Source of the DNA: an uncultured Collinsella sp.
GTDB lineage: Bacteria; Actinomycetota; Coriobacteriia; Coriobacteriales; Coriobacteriaceae
Direction of reading: 5' to 3'
NCBI GenBank assembly: GCA_900539035.1
Contig: UQAU01000002.1
Span: 20,771 to 84,770, forward strand
Length of the DNA stretch: 64,000 nt
The notes beneath the pieces were generated by a model, which was not told where the DNA came from, made no database searches, and saw only the letters and a program-made list of their open reading frames with translations. Below are positions 49,527 to 58,762 of this stretch, piece by piece. Position 1 is the stretch's first letter, and each line of letters starts with the position of its first letter. Both the position numbers and the translations under genes were made by a program.

Positions 49527-50229
49527 CCGCGGCCGCCACCCGCACGGGCATGCCGGCGACGGCGTGCCCGTGCGGCGTTTCCCGGGGATGGACCGCGCCA
49601 TCCCCGGACCCCTGCGCGCCAAAGGGCCTAGGCCCCTTGGGACCCGTGTCCGTGTGACGGGCATGACGGGGATGACGGCACGGCGGACACATGCCTTCGG
49701 GCGTCACCGTGTCCCGCTGGATCGGCCTTTCGGCCGATGCGTCCCCGCCGGGATGCGGGGACGCCCGCGCCGCGTTCCGCGCCGCTCTCGCTGCGGCTCC
49801 CTGGCAACGCTCCCCAGGGTCGCGTTTCGTGCGCCTCCGCTCACGCCGGCCCCGGACGGTGAACGGCTGCATTCGATGGCTCCCAGAGGTCGCCATCATT
49901 CCGCCGTGGTCACCGGCCGGGGCCTCTCGCCCCGGGTCGCCGTGCGTACGGGGGATGCTCCCCAGGGTCGCGTCCCCCTGCGCGCGGCTCGGCCGGGGCT
50001 CACCTCGACGCAGCCTCGTCGGACGGGGCCGACATGCGGTTGCCGGTCGATGCAAGATGTGTATCCGTGCGTACACGGCGTCTTTCGGCCGCCGCGCACA
50101 CACGGATATCTTGCCCTGCGGGGCGCGTCCCCCGAGCTTGCGGGACGCTTGTTGCGTCCCGGTCCCGGGAGACGGGAAGAGGGGCCGCGGCCCCTCTTCG
50201 AGATGTGCGCGCGGCGCGTCCTATACGTA

Positions 50230-51204
50230 TCACATCTCGTTTTCCCGGCCGTCGTCCATCGCCCGCTCCATCATGCGGTAGGTCGCCATGCCGATCCCGA
50301 GCGCGTGCTGTATGCCGCCCCTCGTGAAGCCGCGACCGAGCTTTCGCCCGCTGATCGCCGCTTTCCTGAGGGCGCGCCCGTGCGCGTCCCTTCGATCGTA
50401 TGTCGGTCGGTACTCGAAGACCAGGTCCCTTTCCTTGAGATTCCGGTCACGGCTGAGGCGCATATGAACACCCCTCCGCTCAAGCGACTCGTTGAGGGCG
50501 CGCATTTTGTTCGATGCGTCTGATGAGACGATCTCGCGGACGCTTTCGCGAACGACCCGGCGAACGTGGTCCTGGTCGGTTTCGAAGCCCGGGTCGGCCT
50601 TCGAGCCGATCTCGCGGGCCCGCTGCTCGCCCCTCGACTCCTGCCGGGCGTGGACGCGGCTGTTGCGCGTCCCGCGCTCAAGCTGGGAGAGCCCCCAGCG
50701 CCCGTCCATCTCGCGCATCCTCGCCGCGTGGAGGGTCCTCTGGCGGGACGCCCTGCCGTCGTTGAGGCGCTTTCCGGTCGAGAGGTCAGTCCGGTTGATG
50801 GCGATATGCACGGCGTAACGGTCGGTCCCGTCCCTCGAGTGCTCTAGGTGGAGTGCCCACGCCGCCTCCTGGTTCGGGTAGTAGCGCTCGACCCACTCGC
50901 GTGCGAACTCCATGCAGTCGCCCTCGGACATCCTTCCCCCGTTGACGTCGCACTCGTCGGGGTTGAACGCGATGATCTGGTGATAGCAGTAGGTGCATTT
51001 CGAGCCCTTTCGCCCGGGCTCGTTGTGCCCGTAGGCCGCGCGCGTGCGCTCCATCTCGCGGGACCAGTTCGCCGGGTCGCCGAGGTTCCGGGAGTCGAAG
51101 TCGAGCACGTCGTGTTTGCTGTTCGTGTTGTCCAGATAACCCGATAAGCTCTTCATATGCTGCGTGCCTGTGATCGCCACCTGCTTGATTGCGGTCATAT
51201 CCAT
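50230..51204 (-). CDS. Relaxase/mobilization nuclease (MobA/VirD2-like)
   Basis: ...CYHQIIAFNPDE...HLEHSRDGTDRYAVHIAINRTD (3-His motif), upstream Tyr-bearing region. Start at MDMTAIKQ. The ORF-track N-terminal 98 codons (Arg/Pro-rich) were discarded. Confidence 0.8.
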   Translation of the reverse strand: MDMTAIKQVAITGTQHMKSLSGYLDNTNSKHDVLDFDSRNLGDPANWSREMERTRAAYGHNEPGRKGSKCTYCYHQIIAFNPDECDVNGGRMSEGDCMEFAREWVERYYPNQEAAWALHLEHSRDGTDRYAVHIAINRTDLSTGKRLNDGRASRQRTLHAARMREMDGRWGLSQLERGTRNSRVHARQESRGEQRAREIGSKADPGFETDQDHVRRVVRESVREIVSSDASNKMRALNESLERRGVHMRLSRDRNLKERDLVFEYRPTYDRRDAHGRALRKAAISGRKLGRGFTRGGIQHALGIGMATYRMMERAMDDGRENEM

Positions 51205-51211
51205 CCACTTC

Positions 51212-53170
51212 CTATTCGTCCCAGGCCGCCCACTCGTCCATGAACGCCGCGTTGTCCTCGTCGGCCTTGGTGGGATCGTTCGGGGCGGTCTCTTCTTCAC
51301 CGGATGCGTCGCCATCGGCGTCGAACTCGGGGCACCACGGGGTGGGGGCTTCATATGCGTCGCCTTCTGCGGCGGCTCTCGCGCGGGCGTAGTACGCGGC
51401 CCGTTTCTCGCGCTCGGCCTCCTCGTCCCCGAGCCCGAAGAACGGGCCGGCGGGCGTCCTGTTGGCGTAGTCGAGCGGGAATTCGAAGACGCCCTCACGT
51501 CCGGGCTTCGAGTTCTCCCCGCCCTTGATCGCGATGAGGCCGTCGCGGATGGGGATGCGGTTCTGCCACTCCCATTCGTTTATCAGGGGAACGCCCGCCT
51601 CGTTGTAGCTCGTGCCAGATGAGGAGCGCCCTGCGCCTTTCTGGCTAGACGTTCCCATCGAGCGCACGGTCCGCTTTCCCGCGAGTGCCGTGAAGAACTT
51701 GAAGTCCTCTGGCTCGGAGAGAGACAGAGCGACCTTGATGCCGATGGAGCCGATCAGCTTGTCGCGACCGGCCCCGCCGTCGCCTGGGTCATTGTAGGCA
51801 TTCAATTCTTTGAGATTTTGAACGAAGATTTGCTCGCGTATTCCCATCGAACGTCCGAGCGTCGCGATGGCCGGCAGACACGCGACCTTGACGTTGAGGT
51901 TGCCGATCTCGTCGAGCACGAGCGCTGTCTCGTGTGGCATGCGGCCCCCGTTCCCCTTGCACGCCCGCTGCGCCACCTGCCACCACTGGTTCAGGAAGCA
52001 GGTGTAGACGACCCCGTACGGGTCTCCCTCGTCGAGCATCTCGATGTAGACCGCCGTCTTCCTCTCGATGAGGTCGCGAATGGAGACGCTGCTCTCGGAA
52101 GTCACGGCGCGGAGCGCTCCGTCCGAGAAGATGCTCAGTGCCTCCTTGAGGGTCGAGACGACGTTCTTGCCGGCCGTCGTCGCGCCGCCGTCACCGAGGA
52201 GGTCGGACGCCGGCGAGAACGCCGGGTGCGACGGCCCGAGCTCGCGGATGTAGTCCTTAAGCGGGGCCGAGGGGTCCTTCGGGTCGTCGCCGGCGGTCCC
52301 GCGCTCCACGAGCGCGGCGACGCTCGCGAGGTTCTTCTGCCTGCGGGGGATGTCGGCCGTGCAGACGACGAGGACGCAGGCGGCGAGCATGTTGCGCGCT
52401 GCCTTGGGGAAATACGTGTTCTTCTCCCCGCCGATTGGGATGAGGTCGACGGCAACCTGCCGGGCCGTCCTCACGGCCCCGTCAATGTCGCCCGCCTCGA
52501 CGGCGTCGGCGACAAGTCCGATGGGGTTGTACGAGCTGGCACCGGGATAGCCGGTCAGGTCGAGGACGATGGTCTCGTAGCCGAGCTTCCTCGCCTTGTC
52601 GGCGGTGAGCTCAAGGATCTCGGGCTTTCCGGTGGAGACGACGTTCCAACCGGCTGCCAGGAACATATGCATATCTTCCAGGACTTGGAATTGTGACTTA
52701 CCAGACCCCGTTTTTCCAATGCTGATCGCGTGCGGAACGGACGAGTCGAACCAGTATCCGCCCTTGGTCGCGCCGAGCACGAAACCCGCTCTGGCCGGCG
52801 CGCCGGACCCGTCCCAGAAATCGTTGCGGCGGTTGAGTTCCGCTGTGCCCCGGACGACGTGGGCGTCGCCGTAGATACCTTCGTCGACGTTCCGGTTGCG
52901 TTCGGCGTCCTTTGCGACCGTATAGCCGAGGAGAACGAGAAACAGGAGACAGAACGCTGCGAACATGAACGGAATGTGACCGAGCCATGCCCCGGAAAGC
53001 CAGAAGACCGACCACATGTCGAAACCGATGGCGTCGAGCCAGGCGACCCAATCGATGGGGAGCGACGAAGCGGCGCAAGCGATCACGGGTGCTATCAGGG
53101 GATAACACGCGACGGTAAGGACGGTGGCGAACGAAGCCGAGAGGACAGCGTTGAACTTAAGATTGCGCAC
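51212..53170 (-). CDS. Type IV coupling protein (TraG/VirD4/TraD family)
   Basis: N-terminal TMs, Walker A GKTGSGKS, TraG-like central and C-terminal regions. Confidence 0.85.
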   Translation of the reverse strand: MRNLKFNAVLSASFATVLTVACYPLIAPVIACAASSLPIDWVAWLDAIGFDMWSVFWLSGAWLGHIPFMFAAFCLLFLVLLGYTVAKDAERNRNVDEGIYGDAHVVRGTAELNRRNDFWDGSGAPARAGFVLGATKGGYWFDSSVPHAISIGKTGSGKSQFQVLEDMHMFLAAGWNVVSTGKPEILELTADKARKLGYETIVLDLTGYPGASSYNPIGLVADAVEAGDIDGAVRTARQVAVDLIPIGGEKNTYFPKAARNMLAACVLVVCTADIPRRQKNLASVAALVERGTAGDDPKDPSAPLKDYIRELGPSHPAFSPASDLLGDGGATTAGKNVVSTLKEALSIFSDGALRAVTSESSVSIRDLIERKTAVYIEMLDEGDPYGVVYTCFLNQWWQVAQRACKGNGGRMPHETALVLDEIGNLNVKVACLPAIATLGRSMGIREQIFVQNLKELNAYNDPGDGGAGRDKLIGSIGIKVALSLSEPEDFKFFTALAGKRTVRSMGTSSQKGAGRSSSGTSYNEAGVPLINEWEWQNRIPIRDGLIAIKGGENSKPGREGVFEFPLDYANRTPAGPFFGLGDEEAEREKRAAYYARARAAAEGDAYEAPTPWCPEFDADGDASGEEETAPNDPTKADEDNAAFMDEWAAWDE

Positions 53171-53181
53171 AGGATTTCCTC

Positions 53182-53529
53182 CTAGACGTTCCGGGCATCA
53201 GTCAGGAAGTCCGAGACGGCGTCGGCTGCGTTTCCGACCTTTATGAGTGCGGCATCGAGGAACGGGGCGATCCGACCGGGGTCGTGGGTGATATGGACCT
53301 CGCGCGTCAACTGGTTAAGGTTCGACGCAGCAAGTCTGAAATCTCGGTACAGGAGCTTCAGCGTCTCGGGGTCGGTGGCGATTATGGGTCGGTCGCCGTC
53401 GACGAGCGAGCGTCGGCGAAGGTACTCGCTCATGCTCAGGCCAGCCGCATCGGCACGCCGCGCGATGGCGGCGCGCTCCTGCGAGGTGACTCTGACGTAG
53501 ATGCGGCCCGACCTCTGCGGGCTACTCAT
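53182..53529 (-). CDS. MobC-like relaxosome accessory protein (ribbon-helix-helix)
   Basis: RIYVRVTSQERAAIARRADAAGLSMSEYLRRR. Start moved to MSSPQRSG. Confidence 0.6.
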   Translation of the reverse strand: MSSPQRSGRIYVRVTSQERAAIARRADAAGLSMSEYLRRRSLVDGDRPIIATDPETLKLLYRDFRLAASNLNQLTREVHITHDPGRIAPFLDAALIKVGNAADAVSDFLTDARNV

Positions 53530-53968
53530 TGCGCCCCGCCGCGCCAGTGGGAACGAACACATGGGACACGCCGACTCGGCGGTCGCCTCCCATGCTGTCG
53601 CAGAGCATGAAGGCGAACGCAAACGGGGTGTCGGCAAAGGGTGTGCGGGAACGGGCTTCGAACATGAGGGCCATGAGATCGAGATAGGCGCTTTCAAGGC
53701 GATCGTAGTCCCCGCGCGTCACGGGGATCCCGCGATAGGTGACGATGGGGAGGTCGGGCTCGTCGCAATAGTAGGCGAAGAGTGTGCCGGGGATCTCCTC
53801 CTGGACGATCGCATCGATCGAGGGGATATCGGGGTAGGCCGACGGTGCGAAAGGCCAGGCGAAGAAGGCATGCTTTCGCTTTTCGGCTGCTTCGGGGTTG
53901 AGCTCGATGGTGAACTTCGGGGCGATCTCGAATCGACCGTCCGACAGTTTCAGGGATTTGAATTCCAT
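53522..53968 (-). CDS. Hypothetical protein (148 aa) in the mobilization operon
   Basis: Overlaps the mobC start by 8 nt. Protein-like composition. Confidence 0.4.
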   Translation of the reverse strand: MEFKSLKLSDGRFEIAPKFTIELNPEAAEKRKHAFFAWPFAPSAYPDIPSIDAIVQEEIPGTLFAYYCDEPDLPIVTYRGIPVTRGDYDRLESAYLDLMALMFEARSRTPFADTPFAFAFMLCDSMGGDRRVGVSHVFVPTGAAGRNE

Positions 53969-54023
53969 AACAGGTCCTTTCGATGATGCGGCGGGGCCGG
54001 GTGTGGCTGGCCCCGCCGGTCGA

Positions 54024-55010
54024 TTAGTCGCGGGTGAGAATGTGTGCGAGGGTGATTAGCCGCGCTGTCGCGGTGCGGTGGAACCCGTACTCGACTCCTC
54101 GCTCGGCGAGGAATGCGCGGTGCTCGTTGAGCCGCTTCGCGAGGACGGCGGGCGTTGCATCGGTGAGGCTGGCGTCCTCGATAAGCTGCGTGGCGGTACC
54201 TTCCCAGGCGCCGGGCCGCGCAGCCATGAAGTCGAGGACGGTGAGCACGCATGCCGGAACCTCGCGCTCGCGCAGTTCCTCGCGGCTGGTCTGCTCGATG
54301 AGGTGCCAGCGGCAGTCGGTGAATGCGAGCTTGTATTCCGCTAGGTCGACATCGCGTCCCGTGACGGAGAGAGTCGCCTTTCCGTCGAACATGGCATCTT
54401 TGGCGAGCAGCAAGCACTCGTCTGCCGCCCCGAGTATGCCGTTCGAGCCGCTGATGGTGTTGAACACGTTGGCCTCATCACCCATCTTTCGCGTGTGATG
54501 CACCAACAGGACACAGAGACCGTGTTTGTCGGCGAAAGCCTTGAGCAGGCCAACGTCCTGATAGTCGGACGCGTAGACGCTGTCCCCTCCGCTTGCAACA
54601 CGTACTTTTTGGAGCGTGTCGATGATGATGAGTCTGGTGGATGGGTGGCAGGAGAGATATCGCTCCAACTGGAGGATGAGCCCATTGTTGAGCTTGTCTG
54701 CCATAATCGCGAACTGGAGGTCGTCGTTGGCGACGTCGACGATATGGAACAGGCGGTTCTGGATGCGCGCGTACGTGTCCTCAAGGCACAGATAGAGAAC
54801 GCCGGAACGTTCTGTGGCATGGTCGAGGAACGGCTGGCCGGTGCTAACGCTGACGCTGAGTCCCAGGCTGAACCAACTCTTTCCGACTTTAGGGGTGCCC
54901 GCGAGCACTACGAGGCCGGTGGGGATGAGCTCCTCGACGAGCCAGGTGACGCTTGCGAGTGGGCTGTCGAGCAGGTCCTGCGCGGAACGGACCTCAAGGT
55001 CGCCAGGCAT
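54024..55010 (-). CDS. RepA-like AAA_25 family ATPase (replicative helicase/primase-associated)
   Basis: VVLAGTPKVGKSWFSLGLSVSV (P-loop) ... LIIIDTLQK ... LVHHTRK. Start at MPGDLEV. Confidence 0.65.
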   Translation of the reverse strand: MPGDLEVRSAQDLLDSPLASVTWLVEELIPTGLVVLAGTPKVGKSWFSLGLSVSVSTGQPFLDHATERSGVLYLCLEDTYARIQNRLFHIVDVANDDLQFAIMADKLNNGLILQLERYLSCHPSTRLIIIDTLQKVRVASGGDSVYASDYQDVGLLKAFADKHGLCVLLVHHTRKMGDEANVFNTISGSNGILGAADECLLLAKDAMFDGKATLSVTGRDVDLAEYKLAFTDCRWHLIEQTSREELREREVPACVLTVLDFMAARPGAWEGTATQLIEDASLTDATPAVLAKRLNEHRAFLAERGVEYGFHRTATARLITLAHILTRD

Positions 55011-55011
55011 C

Positions 55012-55221
55012 CTATACCGCCTCCGCGCGGATGACGCGACAGCGGCCGCGATAGTCGGTGACGATCTCGACGCCGAGGGCTGTGCAGAGCGCGTCGATGC
55101 GGTCCGCCTGTTCGATAGCGAATCCGAGAATGTCCTCATCGGTAGGATTGTGTGGGAGACCGTGGGCCTCCAGCGTGCGCGCTACGCGCTCGGCGTGCGC
55201 AAAGTAGGCGGAATAGTCCAT
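55012..55221 (-). CDS. Hypothetical small protein (69 aa)
   Basis: Tightly packed upstream of the AAA_25 gene. Confidence 0.3.
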   Translation of the reverse strand: MDYSAYFAHAERVARTLEAHGLPHNPTDEDILGFAIEQADRIDALCTALGVEIVTDYRGRCRVIRAEAV

Positions 55222-55335
55222 TTGTGCTCCTTGTAGATATGGGCCGCATGGAGCATGTAATATGGACCATGCGGTTTATGTGCCGCGGACGGGTGCGTCT
55301 TCTTGGCGGGAGGGCACCCGTTTTTCTTTTTCAGG

Positions 55336-55533
55336 CTAGCCAACGCCGGCCATCTCCTTTCGGTCGTCGGGCTCTTTTAGCCCGAGCTCGCGGTAGAGCG
55401 CGGAGCGGGCGATGTACCACGTCTTTCCGAGCTTGCGAAACGGAAGCTCACCGGCCTTGGCGAGCTTTTGAGCCTTGGAATAACTCACATTCATAATCTC
55501 GCTTGCTTCAGCGAGAGACAGGAGCTTGTCCAT
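55336..55533 (-). CDS. xis: Excisionase / HTH_17-family DNA-binding protein
   Basis: LSLAEASEIMNVSYSKAQKLAKAGELPFRKLGKTWYIARSAL. Confidence 0.55.
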   Translation of the reverse strand: MDKLLSLAEASEIMNVSYSKAQKLAKAGELPFRKLGKTWYIARSALYRELGLKEPDDRKEMAGVG

Positions 55534-55572
55534 ATATACCTCCTCTCTTATCGTTAATTCCATTGTACACAC

Positions 55573-55684
55573 TTGACAAAGAGAAACAAAGAAAAATAAA
55601 AATCAAATTGAAATGAGATATAGATAAAGGCTAAAGTTGAAACTAACATCGCTATAAAGCTTTATTTAGAAAGTTGATTAAGTA
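55573..55684. promoter_or_regulatory. AT-rich divergent promoter region between xis (minus) and the zf-FCS gene (plus); contains TTGACA
   Basis: About 30% GC over 110 bp. CACTTGACAAAG at 55570-55581. Confidence 0.35.
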
Positions 55685-56917
55685 ATGGCTAGAAAAGTAT
55701 TCATCGCGAGGAACCGAAGCACCGGATTCCACTCCCTGGTCGAGGTGGTTCGTGGGGTTGAGGCGGCGGAGAAGTCGGCTCCAATGGACTTCGAACTTGC
55801 AGAGCGTCTTATGCGCTGGGGCACTCTCGACGAGCTCGTCACGGCCATTTCGGAGTCTGGCCCCCTCATCGACCGCAGCATCTATAAAGAGGAGAATAGG
55901 CGGTTGTCTATCGACGAGGCCATCGAGGTCGTGGAGGAGTCCGTCGGCGGCGAGCGTGGTTTCACGCGTTGTGACGAAGATTTCCTCTATCTCCAGCTGT
56001 GCCTTGAGGGGATGTCTACGACGGGCAGCGCTTCGTCACTCTATCCCTCTCAGGCCTCCATTGCTCGCGATCTCAATCGCCATGGGCTTATTGAGTCCAA
56101 CGGTCTTGACGAGTTGAAGAAATGGCGGGAAGAAGATCCCGACTGCGTCGTTGTGATTGAACCCTTGAGGGACGTCGTCCTATGCCGAAATCTCGGTTCG
56201 GTCCTGCTCAGGTTGATCGCAAACATCATGTCGGGGCATGAGGACGTCCTTGAGAAAAGCGGGTTCAAGCGTTTCGAAAAGAAACGTCGCTGGTGGATTA
56301 CTGGGGAGCTCAAGGACTCCTATTACGTCCTGCCATTCCAGCACAATTCCTCCTTCGATATGACTCTCAACTACTCGACCAAGTGGTTCAAGAACGTCTT
56401 TTCCTATATGGTCATTAATCCGCTTGAGACGCGCATCCTCGATCTTAGGCCGAGAAAGAGTAAGGTTCTTTTCGGATCGGTTCCCAACGCGGTTTTGATA
56501 ACCGCGCAGATAAAGACCGGCGAGGGCGCACCGTTTTTCGATATCGGCTGGAAGCCGGAGGTCGAGAAGACCCAGCTGTATCTCGGTGTCGATGACGGGG
56601 GTGCCCAGAGAGACGAGGCCATTGTCTTTGTGGAGTCCGTTGCCAAAATGCTGGCCGGGCTGACGACGAAGGACGGCGATCAACTTGGGTGGTCTGTAGG
56701 CGGGCCTTCGATCTTCGATGATGTGCCGGTGCCCAGATACCATTTCCACTCGACGGCGGCGGCGATGTTCGGGGCTATCCTCTACCGATACGGCTGTGTC
56801 CCCACGACGTGCAAAAATTGCGGAAACGGCATTTTGGTCAAAACCAGGGGGAAGAGGCGCGAGTTCTGTTCCCCGTCGTGCAGGACGCAGTATTCGAATC
56901 GAAAGGCGGGGCTCTAG
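55685..56917 (+). CDS. Hypothetical protein (410 aa) with a C-terminal zf-FCS/MYM-like zinc ribbon (C-x2-C-x13-FCSPSC)
   Basis: C-terminus CKNCGNGILVKTRGKRREFCSPSCRTQYSNRK. The N-terminal 380 aa have no recognised family. Confidence 0.55.
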   Translation: MARKVFIARNRSTGFHSLVEVVRGVEAAEKSAPMDFELAERLMRWGTLDELVTAISESGPLIDRSIYKEENRRLSIDEAIEVVEESVGGERGFTRCDEDFLYLQLCLEGMSTTGSASSLYPSQASIARDLNRHGLIESNGLDELKKWREEDPDCVVVIEPLRDVVLCRNLGSVLLRLIANIMSGHEDVLEKSGFKRFEKKRRWWITGELKDSYYVLPFQHNSSFDMTLNYSTKWFKNVFSYMVINPLETRILDLRPRKSKVLFGSVPNAVLITAQIKTGEGAPFFDIGWKPEVEKTQLYLGVDDGGAQRDEAIVFVESVAKMLAGLTTKDGDQLGWSVGGPSIFDDVPVPRYHFHSTAAAMFGAILYRYGCVPTTCKNCGNGILVKTRGKRREFCSPSCRTQYSNRKAGL

Positions 56918-57127
56918 ATGAATCCGTTTATCATCGCGGGCGCGGTGTGGCTGGCGGTCGCCATCGCGACCTTGCTGTATCAAGTGGTCCGCAGGAAGCT
57001 CGGGGATCGGGGCTCGATGGTCGAGGCGTCTTGGCGCGACTTGGCTATGTCATCGATCGGTTTCGGGCTTCCGTTCGCGGCGCTCGCGCTTGCCGCCGTC
57101 GGCGTGGCAACAATCTTTCTTCACTAG
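56918..57127 (+). CDS. Small two-TM membrane protein (69 aa)
   Basis: The ATG overlaps the preceding TAG (TAGATG). Two hydrophobic helices. Confidence 0.4.
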   Translation: MNPFIIAGAVWLAVAIATLLYQVVRRKLGDRGSMVEASWRDLAMSSIGFGLPFAALALAAVGVATIFLH

Positions 57128-57139
57128 AGGCGCGGTAGC

Positions 57140-58504
57140 ATGGCGACGGTGCCCCGCAACAAGGGTAGTTACGCCCCTAGGACGGCTGGTAGCTCTTGGC
57201 AGGTAAAGTACCCGCTCGGCTGGAATGAGCGCAAGAAGCGTTACGACGAATATCGTGAAGAGGTCGCTTCGGAGGCCGAGGCCATCGCGCTGATCAAAGC
57301 CATCAACGACTACGTTTATCACGGGGGCCTTCCGCAAGACGTACCCGAGTGGAGACGCAGGGCAAAAGGACATTCCGAGGGTGACGTCCTAACGCTCGAT
57401 GGATTCGCCATGTCCTATATCGCGATGCGGGAGAGGCGGCGAAAAGTCCAGGAGAGGACCATCGAAAGCAACCGCGAGGCCTGGGCAAGACTCCGGCCGT
57501 ACCTCGGCGATTTGCCTCTGAGGCGGGTGACGCCCTTCGTCATCGATGAGGCATATGCCTGTATGGGGAGTCCGGGGGACGATAACCTTGCCGGCAGGGT
57601 CTACTCCGGAACGACGATTGAGAAAAGTCATGCGTTTCTGCGGCAGCTGCTCAAGGACGCCGTCGAGCGGGGTTACATCGACAAGAACCCCTGCGATTCG
57701 ATTGACGCTCCCAAAAGGGATACCAAGGAGAAGGTAGCACTCACTTTATTTCAAGCCCAGGCGCTATTTAACTACATAACGAGTCGCCCCCTGGAGGCAC
57801 ATGCCATTGGCGTGCTGCTTGCGCTGAACTGCGGGCTTAGGCTTTCCGAGATGCTCGCGTTGACCTGGCAAGATTATGAAGGCGGCGTGCTGTCTGTAAC
57901 TAAAGCGCTGAACAAAGAGAAGCAGACGTACAAGTCGACGAAGAACGAAGACAACAGGAGGGTCCCTGTCCCGATGCCGCTCATATCGGTTCTCGATGAG
58001 TGGCAGAAGACCCAAAGGCGCATTTACTCGGACAACCTCGGCCTTCGGTGGAGCGAAGACGCACCCATTGTGAACAGCAGAAACGCAAAGCACATCCTTC
58101 AGCGGTCTTTCACGCGTTGGTTCGATTCGGCAAGGCTCGAGTATCCGATACCCGACGACTTCGAGTTTCATGGGTTCAGGCATACATACGTGACCTTGTT
58201 GAGTCGCGACTGTGGAGTGGACCGGCGAACCGCGAAGAGCATGAGCGGTCACAAGAACGACCAGGCCTTCGATATCTACACTCATACAAACGATGAGTGG
58301 CAGCGAAGGGCGGCTAACGAGCTCGGTGATATCTTGCAGCCTAATGACGGCGCTCGAAAATGCTACAACTGCGCTTACTGGGGCGTATCTCCTCTAGACG
58401 CCGATCGTGGTGCCTGCTGGAACAACCCCGCCGGGCTAATCGAAGCAAAAGCGGGCGACTCGTGTGGCAAGGGCCTGTTCATCGCCAAAACCGCGAAAGC
58501 GTGA
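57140..58504 (+). CDS. int: Tyrosine-type site-specific integrase with a Cys-rich C-terminal tail
   Basis: Catalytic region ...LRLSE...HGFRHTYVTLL...DIYTH (R-H-R-Y) plus a SAM-like N-domain. Tail CYNCAYWGVSPLDADRGACWNNPAGLIEAKAGDSCGKG. Confidence 0.9.
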   Translation: MATVPRNKGSYAPRTAGSSWQVKYPLGWNERKKRYDEYREEVASEAEAIALIKAINDYVYHGGLPQDVPEWRRRAKGHSEGDVLTLDGFAMSYIAMRERRRKVQERTIESNREAWARLRPYLGDLPLRRVTPFVIDEAYACMGSPGDDNLAGRVYSGTTIEKSHAFLRQLLKDAVERGYIDKNPCDSIDAPKRDTKEKVALTLFQAQALFNYITSRPLEAHAIGVLLALNCGLRLSEMLALTWQDYEGGVLSVTKALNKEKQTYKSTKNEDNRRVPVPMPLISVLDEWQKTQRRIYSDNLGLRWSEDAPIVNSRNAKHILQRSFTRWFDSARLEYPIPDDFEFHGFRHTYVTLLSRDCGVDRRTAKSMSGHKNDQAFDIYTHTNDEWQRRAANELGDILQPNDGARKCYNCAYWGVSPLDADRGACWNNPAGLIEAKAGDSCGKGLFIAKTAKA

Positions 58505-58559
58505 CGACAGCGGGCATATCCCATTGAAGCTGTCATTTCCGTCATAGGTGTCATTTGCT

Positions 58560-58740
58560 GACTTGAGTATTGGTTGTTTGTTAATCAGCAGGGGTGATAT
58601 TAAATATGTTCAAATATGGCGGCGGAATCTGATCAGAATATGCTCAGAATGATGACATGAGCAGATAATGAGCAGATAAAAATGCTCAATAATAAGTGCA
58701 TGATACAGCTATTTACCTGCGTAAACGTATAATAGGTTCT
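58560..58740. promoter_or_regulatory. AT-rich attP-derived arm with direct repeats (GAGCAGATAATGAGCAGATAAAA, GCTCAGAAT), candidate integrase arm-type sites
   Basis: Repeats read directly. ATGAGCAGAT also occurs near attL at about 41586. Confidence 0.4.
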
Positions 58741-58762
58741 ATAGAGAAAGAGCCGCCCCGCC

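Noticed and set aside
49069-50103. 344-aa Arg/Pro-rich ORF and the 49691-50281 ORF
   Set aside because: They lie in a region above 70% GC with composition unlike proteins. The region is better explained as structured non-coding DNA.
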